DNA from: Euprymna scolopes
Lineage: Eukaryota
Length of the DNA: 64,000 nucleotides
Assembly: GCA_053919585.1 (NCBI GenBank)
Contig: CM132784.1
Reading direction: 5' to 3' (one strand)
Shown here: one piece after another, positions 1 through 13,037 of the stretch
Layout: each line of letters starts with the position of its first letter
Position numbering within the stretch: position 1 is the first letter of the stretch
Notes under the pieces: generated by a model
Seen by the model: only the letters and a program-made list of their open reading frames with translations
What the model was told of the DNA's origin: nothing
Database searches by the model: none
Made by a program: the position numbers and the translations under genes

Positions 1-589
1 ACATTCCTAGGTTAGACAATACTCTAATAGAAGCTCCGGGCTTACATAGGCAGAAACATTGGGAAAATGGCACTCAAGACGAGAACAGTAGTTCGCTGAA
101 TCCAAATATTACGAATAACCAATCATCATCTCAAAAAGGGAAAAACGTAATTAATAACTATTTTCACAACTTCAATTTCAATTAGAGATTTTTCGAAGAT
201 TTAACGATGCAAGGTATGTGAATAATCTTGCCATCTAGAATTTTAAAATATTTCAGATTTACATTGAATTTTATGTATCGTATTTAGACACCAATGAAGC
301 CAAATTTCCTCAACTTTAATACTTCTAATCCTTCTTAACCTTAAGCCTTACATTTTAGACATTTTCTAGAATCAAAATCATATAATTGATTTTGATAAAA
401 ATTTAACTGTTTCCAGACATTATGTATCGATTATAATTTCTGTAAAAATATAAAATCGTCGCAAAACTCTTTTGATCGAGGAATTCATTTTACTTGCTCT
501 GTAACGGATACTCTGCTCGTCGTCTATCGAATTCTCTTCATATCTTGCGTGTCTCAAACAGTCGCTGATAACAAAGTCTATCTACTTAC

Positions 590-786
590 CTGCTCGTGTG
601 GTTTAGGTGTAGGCTCGGCTTATTTGATATTGTTAATAGGCTGTCATTTGAAAATAAGTGCTTGGAGGAAATAGGACTGATACGTTCAAACCCAACTACA
701 AGTACAGAAATTATGATCCAAAACTTCCCTGATTCACGGACATCATTAATCATACGAAAGGCTTTAGGACTCAACTCTGAAGACAT
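590..786 (-). CDS. Candidate first coding exon of a host gene (possible secreted or membrane protein)
   Basis: ATG at 786 with an upstream in-frame stop; hydrophobic stretch FWIIISVLVVG; N-x-S/T sites NDS and NHT; frame runs into a consensus donor CAG|GTAAGT at 590/589. No homology recognised. Confidence 0.3.
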
Positions 787-1157
787 GGATGTCTGTATGC
801 GGCAATGTTATGGCAACTTGTGTGATGACACTGCGAAATATTTCCATAACATACTTGTAAATTTGTCTCACACATCATAGAACCACAATCGTGAATCACG
901 CTAATATTTCTCCTTCCATTTACCCGACGCACTATACTAACTCCGAGACGCTCTCTCCCTCTCGCTTTCTTTTTCTCTCTTTCATCAGTAGACTTTCCAC
1001 TATTTGTTTTTATTGTTTTCACATACGGTCGATATCGATTCGAGAGAATATATTTCATTTAATTATTTGCCAACGAACAGTTTTTAGTAATTTTGATTTT
1101 CTACTAGATATATAAACACTAGCTCTTACAATGCAAAAAAAAGAAACAAAAAAAAGC

Positions 1158-1835
1158 GAAGGCATATTGTAGAGAAACGATAATCCTTCCACACAAAAAA
1201 AAACGGAGGCATGTTGTAGCGAAACGATAATCATTCCATACAAAAAAATGAAGGCATATTGTAGCGAAACGATAATCATTCCACACAAAAAAAAAGCGGA
1301 GACATATTGTAGAGAAACGATAATCCTTCCACACAAAAAAAAAACGGAGGCATGTTGTAGCGAAACTATAATCATTCCACACAAAAAATGAAGGAATATT
1401 GTAGCGAAACGATAATCATTCCACACAAAAAATGAAGGAATATTGTAGCGAAACGATAATCATTCCACACAAAAAAAACGAAGGCATATTGTAGCGAAAG
1501 GATAATCATTCCACACAAAAGAACGAAGGCATATTGTAGCGAAACGATAATCATTCCACACAAAAGAACGAAGGCATATTGTAGCGAAAGGATAATCATT
1601 CCACACAAAACAACCAAGGAATATTGTAGCGAAACTATAATCATTCCACACAAAAAATGAAGGCATATTGTAGCGAAAGGATAATCATTCCACACAAAAA
1701 ACGAAGGCATATTGTAGCGAAAGGATAATCATTCCACACAAAAAAAACGAAGGCATATTGTAGCGAAACGATAATCATTCCACACAAAAGAACGAAGGCA
1801 TATTGTAGCGAAACGATAATCATTCCACACAAAAA
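1158..1835. repeat. Minisatellite, about 15 copies of a 44-48 bp unit
   Basis: Head-to-tail GAAGGCATATTGTAGCGAAACGATAATCATTCCACAC(A)n; unit length varies only in the A-tract. Confidence 0.95.
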
Positions 1836-1930
1836 GCACCAACTTGTTAGATAAACCTTAGCATCAGTGTATCACAGAGAAAAGGCTATGTTGAAATTAT
1901 GTCTAAAAAGTTGTTCTTTTAGGGCAATGA

Positions 1931-2385
1931 TAAAAAGTAAGAACGTGTGTGTAAGAGGACAATACTCAACTTATATACTCAACGATATTCTAGTCTACAG
2001 GCTTGAAATTTAATATATAGGGTATTCAGACATGCAGAAATTCTTTAATCGGGTTTCATCCAAAAAAAATATTGCTAAGTGATGAAAGCTGAAAAATTGT
2101 TACTGGGAAGTCATCGGATTTTTATCTGTGTGCAACTGCTTCACGAATGCGCACGCGCGGCCGTAAAACATGACATCGTCTTTATGTTAAGAATAAGTAC
2201 GTTTGAAAACACTTTGTAAAGATCGTCTTAAGCTGGTCTAATGGTTATCGTATTTGACTCATCGTCTTTAAATTTTGGGTTCGATTTCAGCACGAATATA
2301 TTTTTTTTACTTACAAGAAGAGAACTGTTTCAAAAAATATAATGCTCGGATACCTGTCTCAGTTTATGCATATTTTACGACTGAG
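1931..2385 (+). mobile_element. Non-autonomous Helitron-like family A, 5' part (cut by gap), with internal tRNA-like segment
   Basis: Colinear with the reverse complement of about 18400-18795 (AGAACGTGTGTGT..GAGGACA..CTCAAC.TATATACTCA; GGATTTTTATCT..CAACTG.TTCAC.AATGCGCA); A/B-box-like motifs at 2234-2287. Confidence 0.6.
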
Positions 2386-2651
2386 NNNNNNNNNNNNNNN
2401 NNNNNNNNNNNNNNNNNNNNNNNNNNNNNNNNNNNNNNNNNNNNNNNNNNNNNNNNNNNNNNNNNNNNNNNNNNNNNNNNNNNNNNNNNNNNNNNNNNNN
2501 NNNNNNNNNNNNNNNNNNNNNNNNNNNNNNNNNNNNNNNNNNNNNNNNNNNNNNNNNNNNNNNNNNNNNNNNNNNNNNNNNNNNNNNNNNNNNNNNNNNN
2601 NNNNNNNNNNNNNNNNNNNNNNNNNNNNNNNNNNNNNNNNTTCAGAAAAAG

Positions 2652-2736
2652 CATTGGTACCGTCTGTTTCAAGCCCAACATAAAGGGGGCCAGATAATGG
2701 TAAAACGTAAATAATGTTAGGCTCTCGTCAGCCATG
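2652..2736 (-). ncRNA. Type I hammerhead ribozyme motif
   Basis: Minus strand reads CATGG-CTGACGA-GAGCCTAACAT...ATGTTGGGCTT-GAAA-CAGACGG-TA-CCAATG: full core, 11-bp stem II, stem I CATGG/CCA(A)TG, GUA cleavage triplet. Confidence 0.75.
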
Positions 2737-3879
2737 TTGTTTCTGTCTGAGGGAAAAATCAGGGCCGCATTTATTGTTTATAATGATGTTCATTTTTATT
2801 TAACTATTGCTTCTTCCTATCCTGTATATTTTATTTTATTCTAATATGAATTTTCTAATTTTTTACTTTTTTATTTAATGCATTTTAGTAAATATGTACT
2901 GTCCTGTTTTTGTTTCCGATCCGCATGGTTTCCGGTCTGTCTTTTGTTAATTTAAGCTGGTGCAAGGGAGATAATTAATTTATCTTATTAATTTTTCTTC
3001 TTTCTTTGTTTTAGTTAAGGGGAGATAATATATATATATATATATCATTTTATTTTCTTTGTGTAAATATAGTCATATCTTGCTACGATGTGCAGACCGT
3101 TTCGCCCTGAAAAAATTGAAAATTAAAAACTTTGTATTATCTGTTTGAATGAACTTTGTATTATCTGTTTGAGTTCGTTCCCTATGGAATCGAAAACGAC
3201 TGGCTCAATTTTTGGAAATTTCACACGAATGTATTCGATGTATCTGCGAGTGTTATTACGTAGGTTTTGTATCGGAATGCGTCTGATAAGTATTGAAAAC
3301 CCCGATTAAAGAAGGAAGTAAGAGTTTGTCTAAAGTTAACACTTTTATAGAACTTAAGGTCACAAGTGCATGTGAGAAGTTTTCTCACCGCATAAGCAGA
3401 AAAACCCAGCCTATAAAACCAACTGTACATTCTTTTATAATAGAGGGACGCGTTCGAAATGAATATTTCTATTTATAGCACAAAAGGACCACGATACTTG
3501 ACTTGTGCATTTTAAACTTAAAGTGAAGTCATTATTCACAGATATTTTTTAAATCAATAATAGATTTTCTACATTGCAATGATTATTAAAATGTATTACA
3601 AACTAAGTCACTTCAAGGGGGCATGTTAAGCTTCCGTTGGGTGGGGATCCCGAACAAATGTAGGAAATCAATCGATTTGAGTAAAAAATCGATGATTTCG
3701 TCGATTTCGATAACAATAAAATTATGGGAGGGTGAAACATTTGTTGTTTCCTATTAATCCTGGACAACTTCAGATTCCCATGCAAACGTTAAATAATTCA
3801 GGTTTCATATTTATTATTGAAGAGCCAATTCTCTGTTGATTATTATATTGTACCTAATATATTGTAGTGATTTCAAAAG

Positions 3880-4165
3880 TTTTAGAAAATATGACGTCGT
3901 CCCCATCAGCTGGAATCGAAATCACAACATTAGCTATCTAAATGTATATGTAGAACATATGTAGAGCATACACAATGCATCAAACTAAGTCAAGTTCCAA
4001 GTTTTCGATTAGAAACTATTTTTTCCGCCTAAAAACCAAATCGGTTTCGAATCGCTTACATATCAAGTTTCAAGTCTGTAGAAAAAAGATTGAGAGTTGT
4101 GGTAAAGACCGTTCTACAGACAGACAAGGTCATTTTTATAATATGTAGAGATAGATAGAGACAGT
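3880..4165 (-). mobile_element. Helitron-like fragment (5' end)
   Basis: ACAGACAGAC..TTTTATAATATGTAGA terminus; CATCAGCTGGAATCGAAA shared with 7440 and similar to 18414. Confidence 0.35.
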
Positions 4166-5777
4166 ATATTTAGAATCAAAATTTCACAATGTATTTGTAT
4201 AAACTTTCAAACGTATATATTTCTTTAATTCACCGTGTAATTTCGCCCCTGTTCGCAAGTTTAGATGGAATATTTTCATTTTCACAAGCTTGATATATCT
4301 AAAGGACTGCTCTTCCTCGGAGACACTTACTTCTTTATTTATGTAGTTTATCTGATAGTGGATATTTTTAGTGGCTTCTTTTCTGGAAGTCGTCCAGTTG
4401 AACCACGACCGTGCAAAGCGTAACTAAAATAGACACTCCATTTTTATTTTTTGTATAAACGCGAGGAAAGTCGCCATGATTTATTAAGACAGAATTCTTG
4501 ATTGTCCCAAGGCAGAATTTCGGTTTGAACGTCACCGAAATACAAACTTACATGTAAATAAAGTATTCACAAATTGCCTTCTTTCTTTCTGTGACAATAA
4601 GATCAATTGATTTGCCGGATATTTTATTTTATTTTTCTACCGATCGGATTTGGTTGGTCAAGGTGATCACAGAACCATGATTTATATTGAGTTGAGCAGT
4701 TGTATTAGGACCCAATAACTAACATGAACACAGCATTGAAGCCAATACCAGAATTACTGGCTTCTGCTGGTTCTGAGATCACGATTGCCCAGCAGTTCAC
4801 TGATATGAACATGCATGTGTATGTTCATTGCATATGCCGTGATCGTGCCACTTGTTGTGTCGGTTAAATGCGGTTGCTCAGTTCATCAGCGCCACAGTAA
4901 ATGGAACTCTTCTTCCAAACAAAAAAGTTTTTAAATAGTTAATAGTGTAACGTTACCGGTGTTTACACACAGGTTGTAAAAGAGTACGTCGCAAAAAAAC
5001 AGAAGACAAATAAGAACTCAACTCACTTTTTCTCTTATAACAACGCCATTTATATATATATAGATGATTTTACTAGCGGTCCTCAGTCTTATGTATATAT
5101 CGGTCAGTAGAGATGATTACGCTTGTTTTTTAAGAGGGTGTGCTGTCCTCCTCCTACATATAGCGCCTAGTAATACATAAGGATCACTCCATCAGGTAGT
5201 GACCAGGCAAAACTTCGTTGAAAGCATCTGTGATAGACGGGAACAAGTGTCAGCGTAATTATTTCGTATGTAAAAAAGTAACGATACCATAAAAGTTGAA
5301 TGAAAAGATAACAATTTCTTTGAAAAGATTATGATTTCATGACGAATTTACTTCCAGGTTTAAATAATGCTTCACATAGTGAAATAATTCGACACTAAAT
5401 CAATTATGAGAATCAGGATATCATTTATTGAACATACTTACCATTTTTTGTTTAAAGATCGTTGAATTCCGCTTGATGATTTTTTTTGTTTTTTGTTTTT
5501 TGGAATGAGTTTATTAAGAACATTGCTTTAAATCATCAACAGAATTGCGAAATTTTTAACACCATTTTGCTTTGAATATTGACAACACAGAAGTTAATTG
5601 GATTAAATTTATTCGTAGAAAATCCGGCTCACAAGCTTTCAAAAAAATAAAACTTTGATAACTGATTGCTGCATTAAGCTTTACGGGCATTCACAGCATA
5701 TGGGGTCGTTTCATCCTGTGACCATATTTTGTGCAAGTAAAATTCACTAATTTCCAATTATGGATACACATCAATCT

Positions 5778-6238
5778 TTAAAAATCAAATAAGAGACGTG
5801 TTACATTTAACACTTTAAAGCCAAATAACAACGCGATTTTTTAAAACTTTATAAAATAAACGAATGTTTATTTTAAAAGAGAGATATATTTCCGAGATAT
5901 ACACTCATTTTTCAATCTGTATATAATATGTATATATATTTTTTCTCTTATTCTTCGTCATGATGTTGAATGGAAGAATATTAAGTTAAGTCCACTTGAC
6001 GTTAGCTGTGTTTTTTTTTCTGTAGCCGGATAATTACGCGTGGTCGCGGGTGATTTGAAAGTCTGGGTAGGTTTATCCATTAAAGGCGTTGAGTGAAATT
6101 TTAAAATCAAATAAGAGACGTGTTACATTTAACACTTTAAAGCCAAATAACAACGCGATTTTTTAACCTGTATAAAATAAACGAATTATTATTTGTAAAG
6201 AGAGAGATATATTTCGGAGATATACACTCCTTTTTCAA

Positions 6239-6298
<60 letters not shown>

Positions 6299-6613
6299 TA
6301 TATTTTTTTTCTTTATTCTTCGTCATGATGTTGAATGGAAGAATATCAAGTTAAGTCCACTTGACGTTAGCTGTGTTTTTTTTTTCTGTAGCCGGATAAC
6401 TACGCGTGGTCGCGCGTGATTTGAAAGTCTGGATAGGTTTATCCATTAAAGGCGTTGAGTGAAAATTGAAAATCAAATAAGAGACGTGTTACATCAACGC
6501 CTTTAATGGATAAACCTATCCAGACTTTCAAATCACGCGTAATTATCTAGCTACAGAAAAAAACACAGCTAACATGAAGTGGACTAAACTTAAAATTCTT
6601 CCATTTGACATCA
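5778..6613. repeat. Tandem duplication of a 320-365 bp unit followed by an inverted partial copy
   Basis: AAAATCAAATAAGAGACGTGTTACAT recurs at about 5781, 6103 and 6469; 6495-6613 is the reverse complement of about 6326-6458. Confidence 0.9.
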
Positions 6614-7235
6614 ATCTTTGTTTTGGCGTAACTTAATCACATAATTTTGCAAATGTTTTTATTCGTGCTTGCTATGGTAGAAGCGAAGAAATCGACATAC
6701 CTAGACATAGTACGAACATCGCTCAAAATGCGCGTATAAACAAGTTTTAAATTCGATATATCGGCGATGCATATTTCACTTTTTCTCGACGTTTTGCAAG
6801 ACATAATGAAAATCAAACAATTCGTCCGTGAAAATACGATTGGATAATCTCGTGAATCGAACTCAGGAAAAGCGATGTGAGTTTCATGATGATAGGTTCG
6901 TTGCTTCTGTCTCAGAATCGATGAGTGGAAGAATTTGTTTTTTTTTAATGGACAGACTGGTATCAAAAGATGACATGTTCGTATCTGCCATGCGCAGTGA
7001 TCCTTGGTTAAAATAGTGATATTTGACAGGATAACGGGCCATGCAGACAGCGGGTCAGTGGGAAGCAAATGATGAAGAAAGCAAAAACTTAGAAAGTCAG
7101 CAAAACTAGTCCAATACATTACAAAGAAAAGTACGGCGATACGTTGAAAGTTACGAATAAATGACAACTTGAAGCAGGCGACAAAGTTCATAAATAAGAA
7201 GAGATATATTATAAAGCAATGAAGGTAATATACCT

Positions 7236-7381
7236 ATACTTGCAGGCCGCTATGCGTTGCCCGGTCGTAAGATACGCTTAAAGAATATATGTTTATTCAT
7301 GCATATCACGTATTTATTATTGTAGAGATAATTCTCTACCGATTATTATATTGAATCCAATATATAGTAGTGAGATCAGAA

Positions 7382-7431
<50 letters not shown>

Positions 7432-7500
7432 ATAGGTGCCATCAGCTAGAATCGAAACCAGAGCATATAACTCTCCAACCTCATTCCTTAACAGGCGCAT
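7236..7500 (-). mobile_element. Helitron-like family A, 3' fragment
   Basis: GGCCGC..GCGTTGCCCGGTCGTAAGATACGC matches 18237-18270; 7305-7382 recurs inverted at 47859-47940. Confidence 0.45.
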
Positions 7501-7501
7501 A

Positions 7502-7556
<55 letters not shown>

Positions 7557-7560
<4 letters not shown>

Positions 7561-8730
7561 CTCTAAATATATCTAAGGATTTTGCAGGATATGGCATGAG
7601 GGTCTCCTCAGGAAAATTAGATCATACGGTATCACTGGTAGAATACTTAACATAATTGAATCCTTCTTAGATAAGAGAAAAATCCAGGTTGTCCTCGACG
7701 GTCGTACATCTAAACAATATGATATAAATGCGAGGGTGCCCCACGGTTCTATCCTTGGACCTCTATTGTTCCTGATATTCATAAATTACCTCCCCGACAA
7801 AATTGCCTCTGAGATGGGTATATATGCTGATGACACTACACTCTATAACAGGCACGACAGGAAGGCGAATGAACACATTTCTAAAGAAATGGCAGAAACA
7901 CTAGAGGAAGACCGCCAATCTGTGGTGGAATGAGGACAAAAGTGGTTGGTCGCGTTCAATGCTGCCAAGACTGAACTAGTTTCATTCAATAATTACAAGA
8001 AACCCTCTCTACCACCTATAGCAATGGCCAACGACTCTTTATCTGAGAGTACATCTTTCAAGCTCCTTGTCCTAACGTTCACAGGAAACATGAGTTGGAA
8101 CAATTACATTGAAGGCATTGCCAGGGCCGCTGCAAGAAAGGTGGGCTCTCTCTACCGTGCTAGACAACTACTAACACCCGAAAGTATCCTGTACCTCTAT
8201 AAGGCCACCATTCGCCCATGTATGGAGTATTGCTGTCACATTTGGGCTGGTGCATCTACTACTAGTTTCTCGCTCCTTGACAAGGTTCAAAAGAGAGTCG
8301 CAAACCTGATAGGCCCTGAACTGGCATCTAAGCTTCAGCCTCCATCCCATCGACGAAATGTTGCATCCTTCTGCCTTTTCTACCAGTATTTTAGTGGTGA
8401 ATGCTCTGACGAACTGCAATCACTTGTGCGCCCACGACGTGAGCAACCTCGACAAACACGATAGGCTGCTAAATCCCCCCCCCCACTGTAGACATCCCTA
8501 GATGTAAAAGATCTTTCTACTCCAATAGTTTCTTCCCCAGAACCGCTTGACTCTGGAATTCCTTTCCAGGTCCCTGCTTCCCCAACAGTACTGACGTGCA
8601 GAAGTTCAAGTGTAACGTGAACCGACATCTTGCTGCCCAAATCCCTACATAGTACCCCAGTAGTTGTTGCCCCTGATAGTAGCCCCCTACACCAAAGTGG
8701 CAATTTGCCTTGTTTGGTGTGAAAATGTAA

Positions 8731-8742
<12 letters not shown>
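7557..8742 (+). mobile_element. 5'-truncated, degraded CR1-group LINE (family 1): RT C-terminal half, 3' UTR and A-tail
   Basis: IALNISK..WHEGLL, VPHGSILGPLLFLIFIN, YADDTTLY, YKATIRPCMEYCCHIWAGA, HRRNVASFCLFYQYFSGECS; internal stops and frameshifts; ends AATAAAAAAAAAAA. Confidence 0.92.
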
Positions 8743-8761
<19 letters not shown>

Positions 8762-8764
8762 TTT

Positions 8765-8845
8765 TTATTATTCTTTCTGTAAATGCAGTCATATCTTGTT
8801 ACGATGTGCAGACCGTTTCGATCATAATTGATCTCAGCAGGCTAG
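8765..8845 (-). mobile_element. Penelope-type terminal repeat fragment with mutated HHR core
   Basis: Minus strand CTGCTGA-GATCAATTATGATC-GAAACGGTC; the same repeat occurs at 3050-3105 and 34010-34085. Confidence 0.55.
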
Positions 8846-9506
8846 AAAATTTAAAATTAAAAAAGGGTTCAAGACCATTTTTAATTTTAGAGGAGAGAAA
8901 ATAAACTATGCAATGACTGGCATGAAGCATGGATTTAAATTGAATTACAAAAATAAAATTTCTGTTAAAGAAGGTCATAGGTCACCTTCTCAGCTATATT
9001 TTGAAGCAAACATTTTAAATTTTCGTTGATTAAAACAAGTCATAATAAAATTACTGATGCTCAAATATCCTCAGAATTAGTAAAGAACGTGAAGTCCGGT
9101 TTCTTCTGATTGGTTGTGAGTTACCAGAGCAACTTTTTCAATATTGACGTTTTAGAGACGATTTTTTTCTGATTGACTGTTGGTTACCATAGCAATTTTT
9201 CCTCGTCGACACCTTCATAAATCATAGCTGAAATGTCGCCCGCCTACCATCTTATTTGAGTTATATAGATATAGTTAATAAAAGTGATGCTCTTTGTTGT
9301 GCTAGAGCTGATAATATTTCGTTTTCGACGTCGCCCGTCTCTCTTTTTGTCTTTTCTTTCTGTTTATTTATTTAATTACGTCTTTTATCTGATTTTTTAA
9401 TCAATTTGAGAAGTTGGTAATAATTATATGGATTTTTTTACAATGCGAACGATATTGAACATAAAAAGAAAATATTATTTCAAAGCAAAGCCTGGGAATA
9501 TCATGG

Positions 9507-9830
9507 ATTATATGGAAACTGCAGGCATGATAAGTAATATGGTTCAGATTAAGCTTAGAAAGTAAAAGGACTAGTTGTTAAAATTGGAAAAGAAAAACAC
9601 AAGTAAAAATATAATAAACTTATAACTTAAAATATTGTAGCATTAATAATGTATATATAATGTTAAAATTAATTTTTAAAAAAGTATTTATGCTGCAATA
9701 TTTTTAGTCATAAATTTATTATATTTTTTTACAAGAATTTCTTGTCTTTTTCTTTTCCAGTTTTAACAACTAATTCTTTTACTTTTCTTTGTTTAATCTT
9801 ATGAATTTTTCATGCTGGCATTTTCCTATG

Positions 9831-9833
<3 letters not shown>
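9507..9833. repeat. Fold-back (long imperfect palindrome), MITE-like
   Basis: AAAGTAAAAGGACTAGTTGTTAAAATTGGAAAAGAAAAA pairs with TTTTTCTTTTCCAGTTTTAACAACTAATTCTTTTACTTT; arms of about 150 bp. Confidence 0.8.
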
Positions 9834-9896
<63 letters not shown>

Positions 9897-9898
<2 letters not shown>

Positions 9899-10928
9899 GA
9901 ATCACCACTTATCAAGGCCCAGAGGTCACTTGAGGATAAGGGTTAAAGAGTGTACAGTGGGCAAAAGGACAATGTCATAGTAATCGTTGGAACTGTAAAT
10001 TTGGTAAAATTGGATCACTTAAAGGGAACGGCTAATCAAGAACTTGTCCACATTAGACGGCCATATTGTAGAGAGCTTGAAAGCCGGTAAACAGAAGAGA
10101 GTTCCACATGTGTGCAGTTCTAAGAAAGAGCTCTGTTCATGGAATCTACGTTTAGGTTTAGGCACAGATAAATAGGGAGAAATTATTGATAGTGTTTTCA
10201 GCCTACAAGCGTTTCTCGTGAATGTTTGGTGGGGGCATAGATTGTAGCTCAGGTGAGCACTTGCCATGAAAATAACGATAAAACAGAGACAGGCTCGCAA
10301 CGTTTCTTCTGCTAGAAGAGATTGCAGGGAAGAGAAAAGGGCATCCTCCACTTGGCTAGGAAAACTTTTCTGAACTCTGCAAGGCAAGATAAGGTCTTCC
10401 TTGCAAGCTCCTTCTCAGATGTGACAGTCATAATCAATCCTTGGACGTAACTGGCTTTTATATAGATAGAGTATTTCATTAGCAGGTAAATATCTTCTGA
10501 ATGGATAGAAGGATCCCATCATTTTTCCAGCAACCTTAGCAACATATTTGATGCACCTATTCCATTTTAGATTAGGAGTAAAGGCCAAGCCCAGAAGCTT
10601 GTCAAAACATGGAGCCTCCCAAAGACGAGAGCTATTTATTTCAATTGATGCCAGATGGGGATCAGAACGTTGATAATGTAAAGACAGAAGTTTGGTTTTA
10701 GATGCATTAAATGTAACCAGCCACTTTTCCCCAATGTACCACATGCTCAAGATCAGAGGAGAGAGAACCAGAGTGAACTTTATTGTTTACGGCCTTTGAT
10801 GTGCTATCATATATGGTACTGTCATCAGCAAAAATATCAACGAATGATCTAAGGATGTGATTTGGAAGATCGTTAATGTAGATCAGGAAGAGAGCTGGAC
10901 CGAGGATGGACCCCTGAGAGTCTCCAGC

Positions 10929-10931
<3 letters not shown>
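9897..10931 (-). mobile_element. 5'-truncated, degraded CR1-group LINE (family 2)
   Basis: QGSILGPALFLIYINDLP, FADDSTIY, WLVTFNASKTK, YLYKSQLRPRIDYDCHI; 3' end shared with the 31942 and 44580 copies. Confidence 0.9.
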
Positions 10932-11005
<74 letters not shown>

Positions 11006-11397
11006 TGCATGCACTACAAACTTTGATTTGATTTAATCTTTTGCACGTATATTATATTAAGTAGTTATTTTAAATATATATGAACTGCGTCAATCGCTTA
11101 ATTGCGAATTAGTAAAATATTAATGTTTTACTAAATATACGTCACAAAAAATTCAAATTGGATCATCAAAGCACTGCTTTAAGGTTAATTATTTCGTCAA
11201 AATTCATTCAAATTCATGCGAAATTCACGTAAGTATGATATTTTATTCTTTCCACTGTCCATCGTATTGCAGATCTCTTAAAATATTGTTTTAGAGCGAA
11301 AATACTATGTCTAATCATGAAAACTTTATTTTTTATCATATTTATCTGTCAAAGAATAATAAACAAAAGCATATCCTAGGTGCCTAGCCACGAATTA

Positions 11398-12402
11398 ATG
11401 AATAATTCATCAACATATCTACCATTATTTTGAAATAATTTTAAACAACTTTTGTCCACCAAGGAAGTCAATTGTTTGGTCTGAAAAAAAGGTATGGCTC
11501 TGGCAACATCAACTATTTACTCTACAGAGCATCATTTGTAGTAAATTGCTCTCCTCTCTCAAAACCCCCTCTTTTTAATATTTACCAGATATTTTTAATG
11601 GGGTTAAGGTCTGGATAACACAGTGGCCATGTCATGAGGGTTTCTTCAATGAAGCCCATAGATTCAGGGAAAGCTACAGTCGCTCTAGCGTAATGGTATG
11701 GTGCATTGTCATGCATAAAATCATCTGAAAGCGACTTGACAATGGTTGATCATCTAGCCATGGCGACAAATGATTATGCGAAAGGGCCGTGTACGAATTG
11801 CAGGCAAATTTTACACACTCTGGCACTTGGAATAGTCCAACAAACTTATCCTCAATGATTCTCGCCAAAAACACGATGCATCTACCTTCTTATAAGCAAT
11901 GAACTTTGTAATGGTTCGGAGTTCCGTTCGGGTTCCAAACCTTCACCTATCAATCTGGACCGTCAAGAGTAGCAAGGGACTCATCCGTAAATAAGAAGCG
12001 TTAGAAATCCATTATCATGTAATTCTCTGCCCAAACCATACGTTTTTCTCTATGTTGATTTTTAATGGAGATCTCGGAAGAGGTGTGATGTTCTTTGCCC
12101 TCTCAATCAACACATTGCATCGGGCTTGCCTGGATCTTGGAGCGATTTCAGTACTTGCTAAAATTGAAGAACTTGTGCTGTTTAGGTTTCGGTCGGCTTC
12201 TCTACGAATTTTCCCAATATCACGATATGAAATGTTTCTCCTTGTGCCCATATACTTTCTTAGTGTTGTGGTTGTTAACGAATGAAGCCAAGTCTCTTGA
12301 ATCCTTTTCAGCTCTGTGGCAAAATCTGTGATGGAAAATCTTTCTGTGAGTTCAGCAAAAATCCTTTGCATTTCGAAAACCTTCAATCGCCCTTTTTTGC
12401 AT
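11398..12402 (-). pseudogene. Degraded Tc1-like transposase, DD37E (TRT-like)
   Basis: Across frameshifts: HTH region, LFTDESLATLDGPD, MHDNAPYH, WPLCYPDLNPIK; 37 residues between the second D and the E position, which is now K. Confidence 0.85.
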
Positions 12403-13037
12403 TGTAAGAAATTTGCAATAAACCGATGTACAGTATCAATTTCTTTGAGGATAAATAAAATGCCATAGCTTCGTATATATCGCAGGAATTAAAATAACAT
12501 TTATGGATATAACTAACCTTAAAGCAGCCATTTGATGATATTATTTTAAATTTTTGTGGCTTATATTTAGTGAAATATTGATATTTTACTAACTTGCATA
12601 AAACGATTGACACAGTTTATACATCTATCTATTCTATACTCCTACAAATCTGGTTTTCTTTTGTGTGGATCGATATTCATATTAAAACCCCTATTTTCTA
12701 TTTATTTAAAAAGAAAATACAATTTTCTTATATTTTGGTTGTTGAATTGCATTCACTAGCAAACGATCTAGCAAACGATCTAGCTAATTTGCATATTCTT
12801 TTAAACATTCATTTTAATTAATTCCCTATTAGTTGCTTAGGTTTTTTAATGGGATAATCATCTTTAGTTAACTATTACCTGTAATTATAGTCATGCAGAT
12901 ATTCTACATGATTTATACTTGCATAATATTTGCATAATATTTGCGAAATAATTTTATAGTAAACACAAAATTGTTTCCATATATATTTATGTATGCGTAT
13001 ATATTTTTGTCAAACAAATCTATCTATTATTTTTATA

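Noticed and set aside
1158-1835. CRISPR-like array
   Set aside because: Units are contiguous and separated only by A-tracts; there are no unique spacers or cas genes, and the context is eukaryotic. The repetitive ORFs here are by-products.
2275-2735. ORFs running through N-gaps (also near 14.1, 21.4, 33.7, 37.9, 38.3, 41.4, 47.3, 53.4, 61.9 and 62.1 kb)
   Set aside because: They are open only because N codons contain no stops.
6637-7191. 184-aa minus-strand ORF
   Set aside because: No recognisable motif, composition typical of non-coding AT-rich DNA, no splice support.
7826-7836. CTGATGA as a hammerhead core (also near 10823 and 32942)
   Set aside because: These are the ADD codons of the RT active site; no stem II or GAAA follows.
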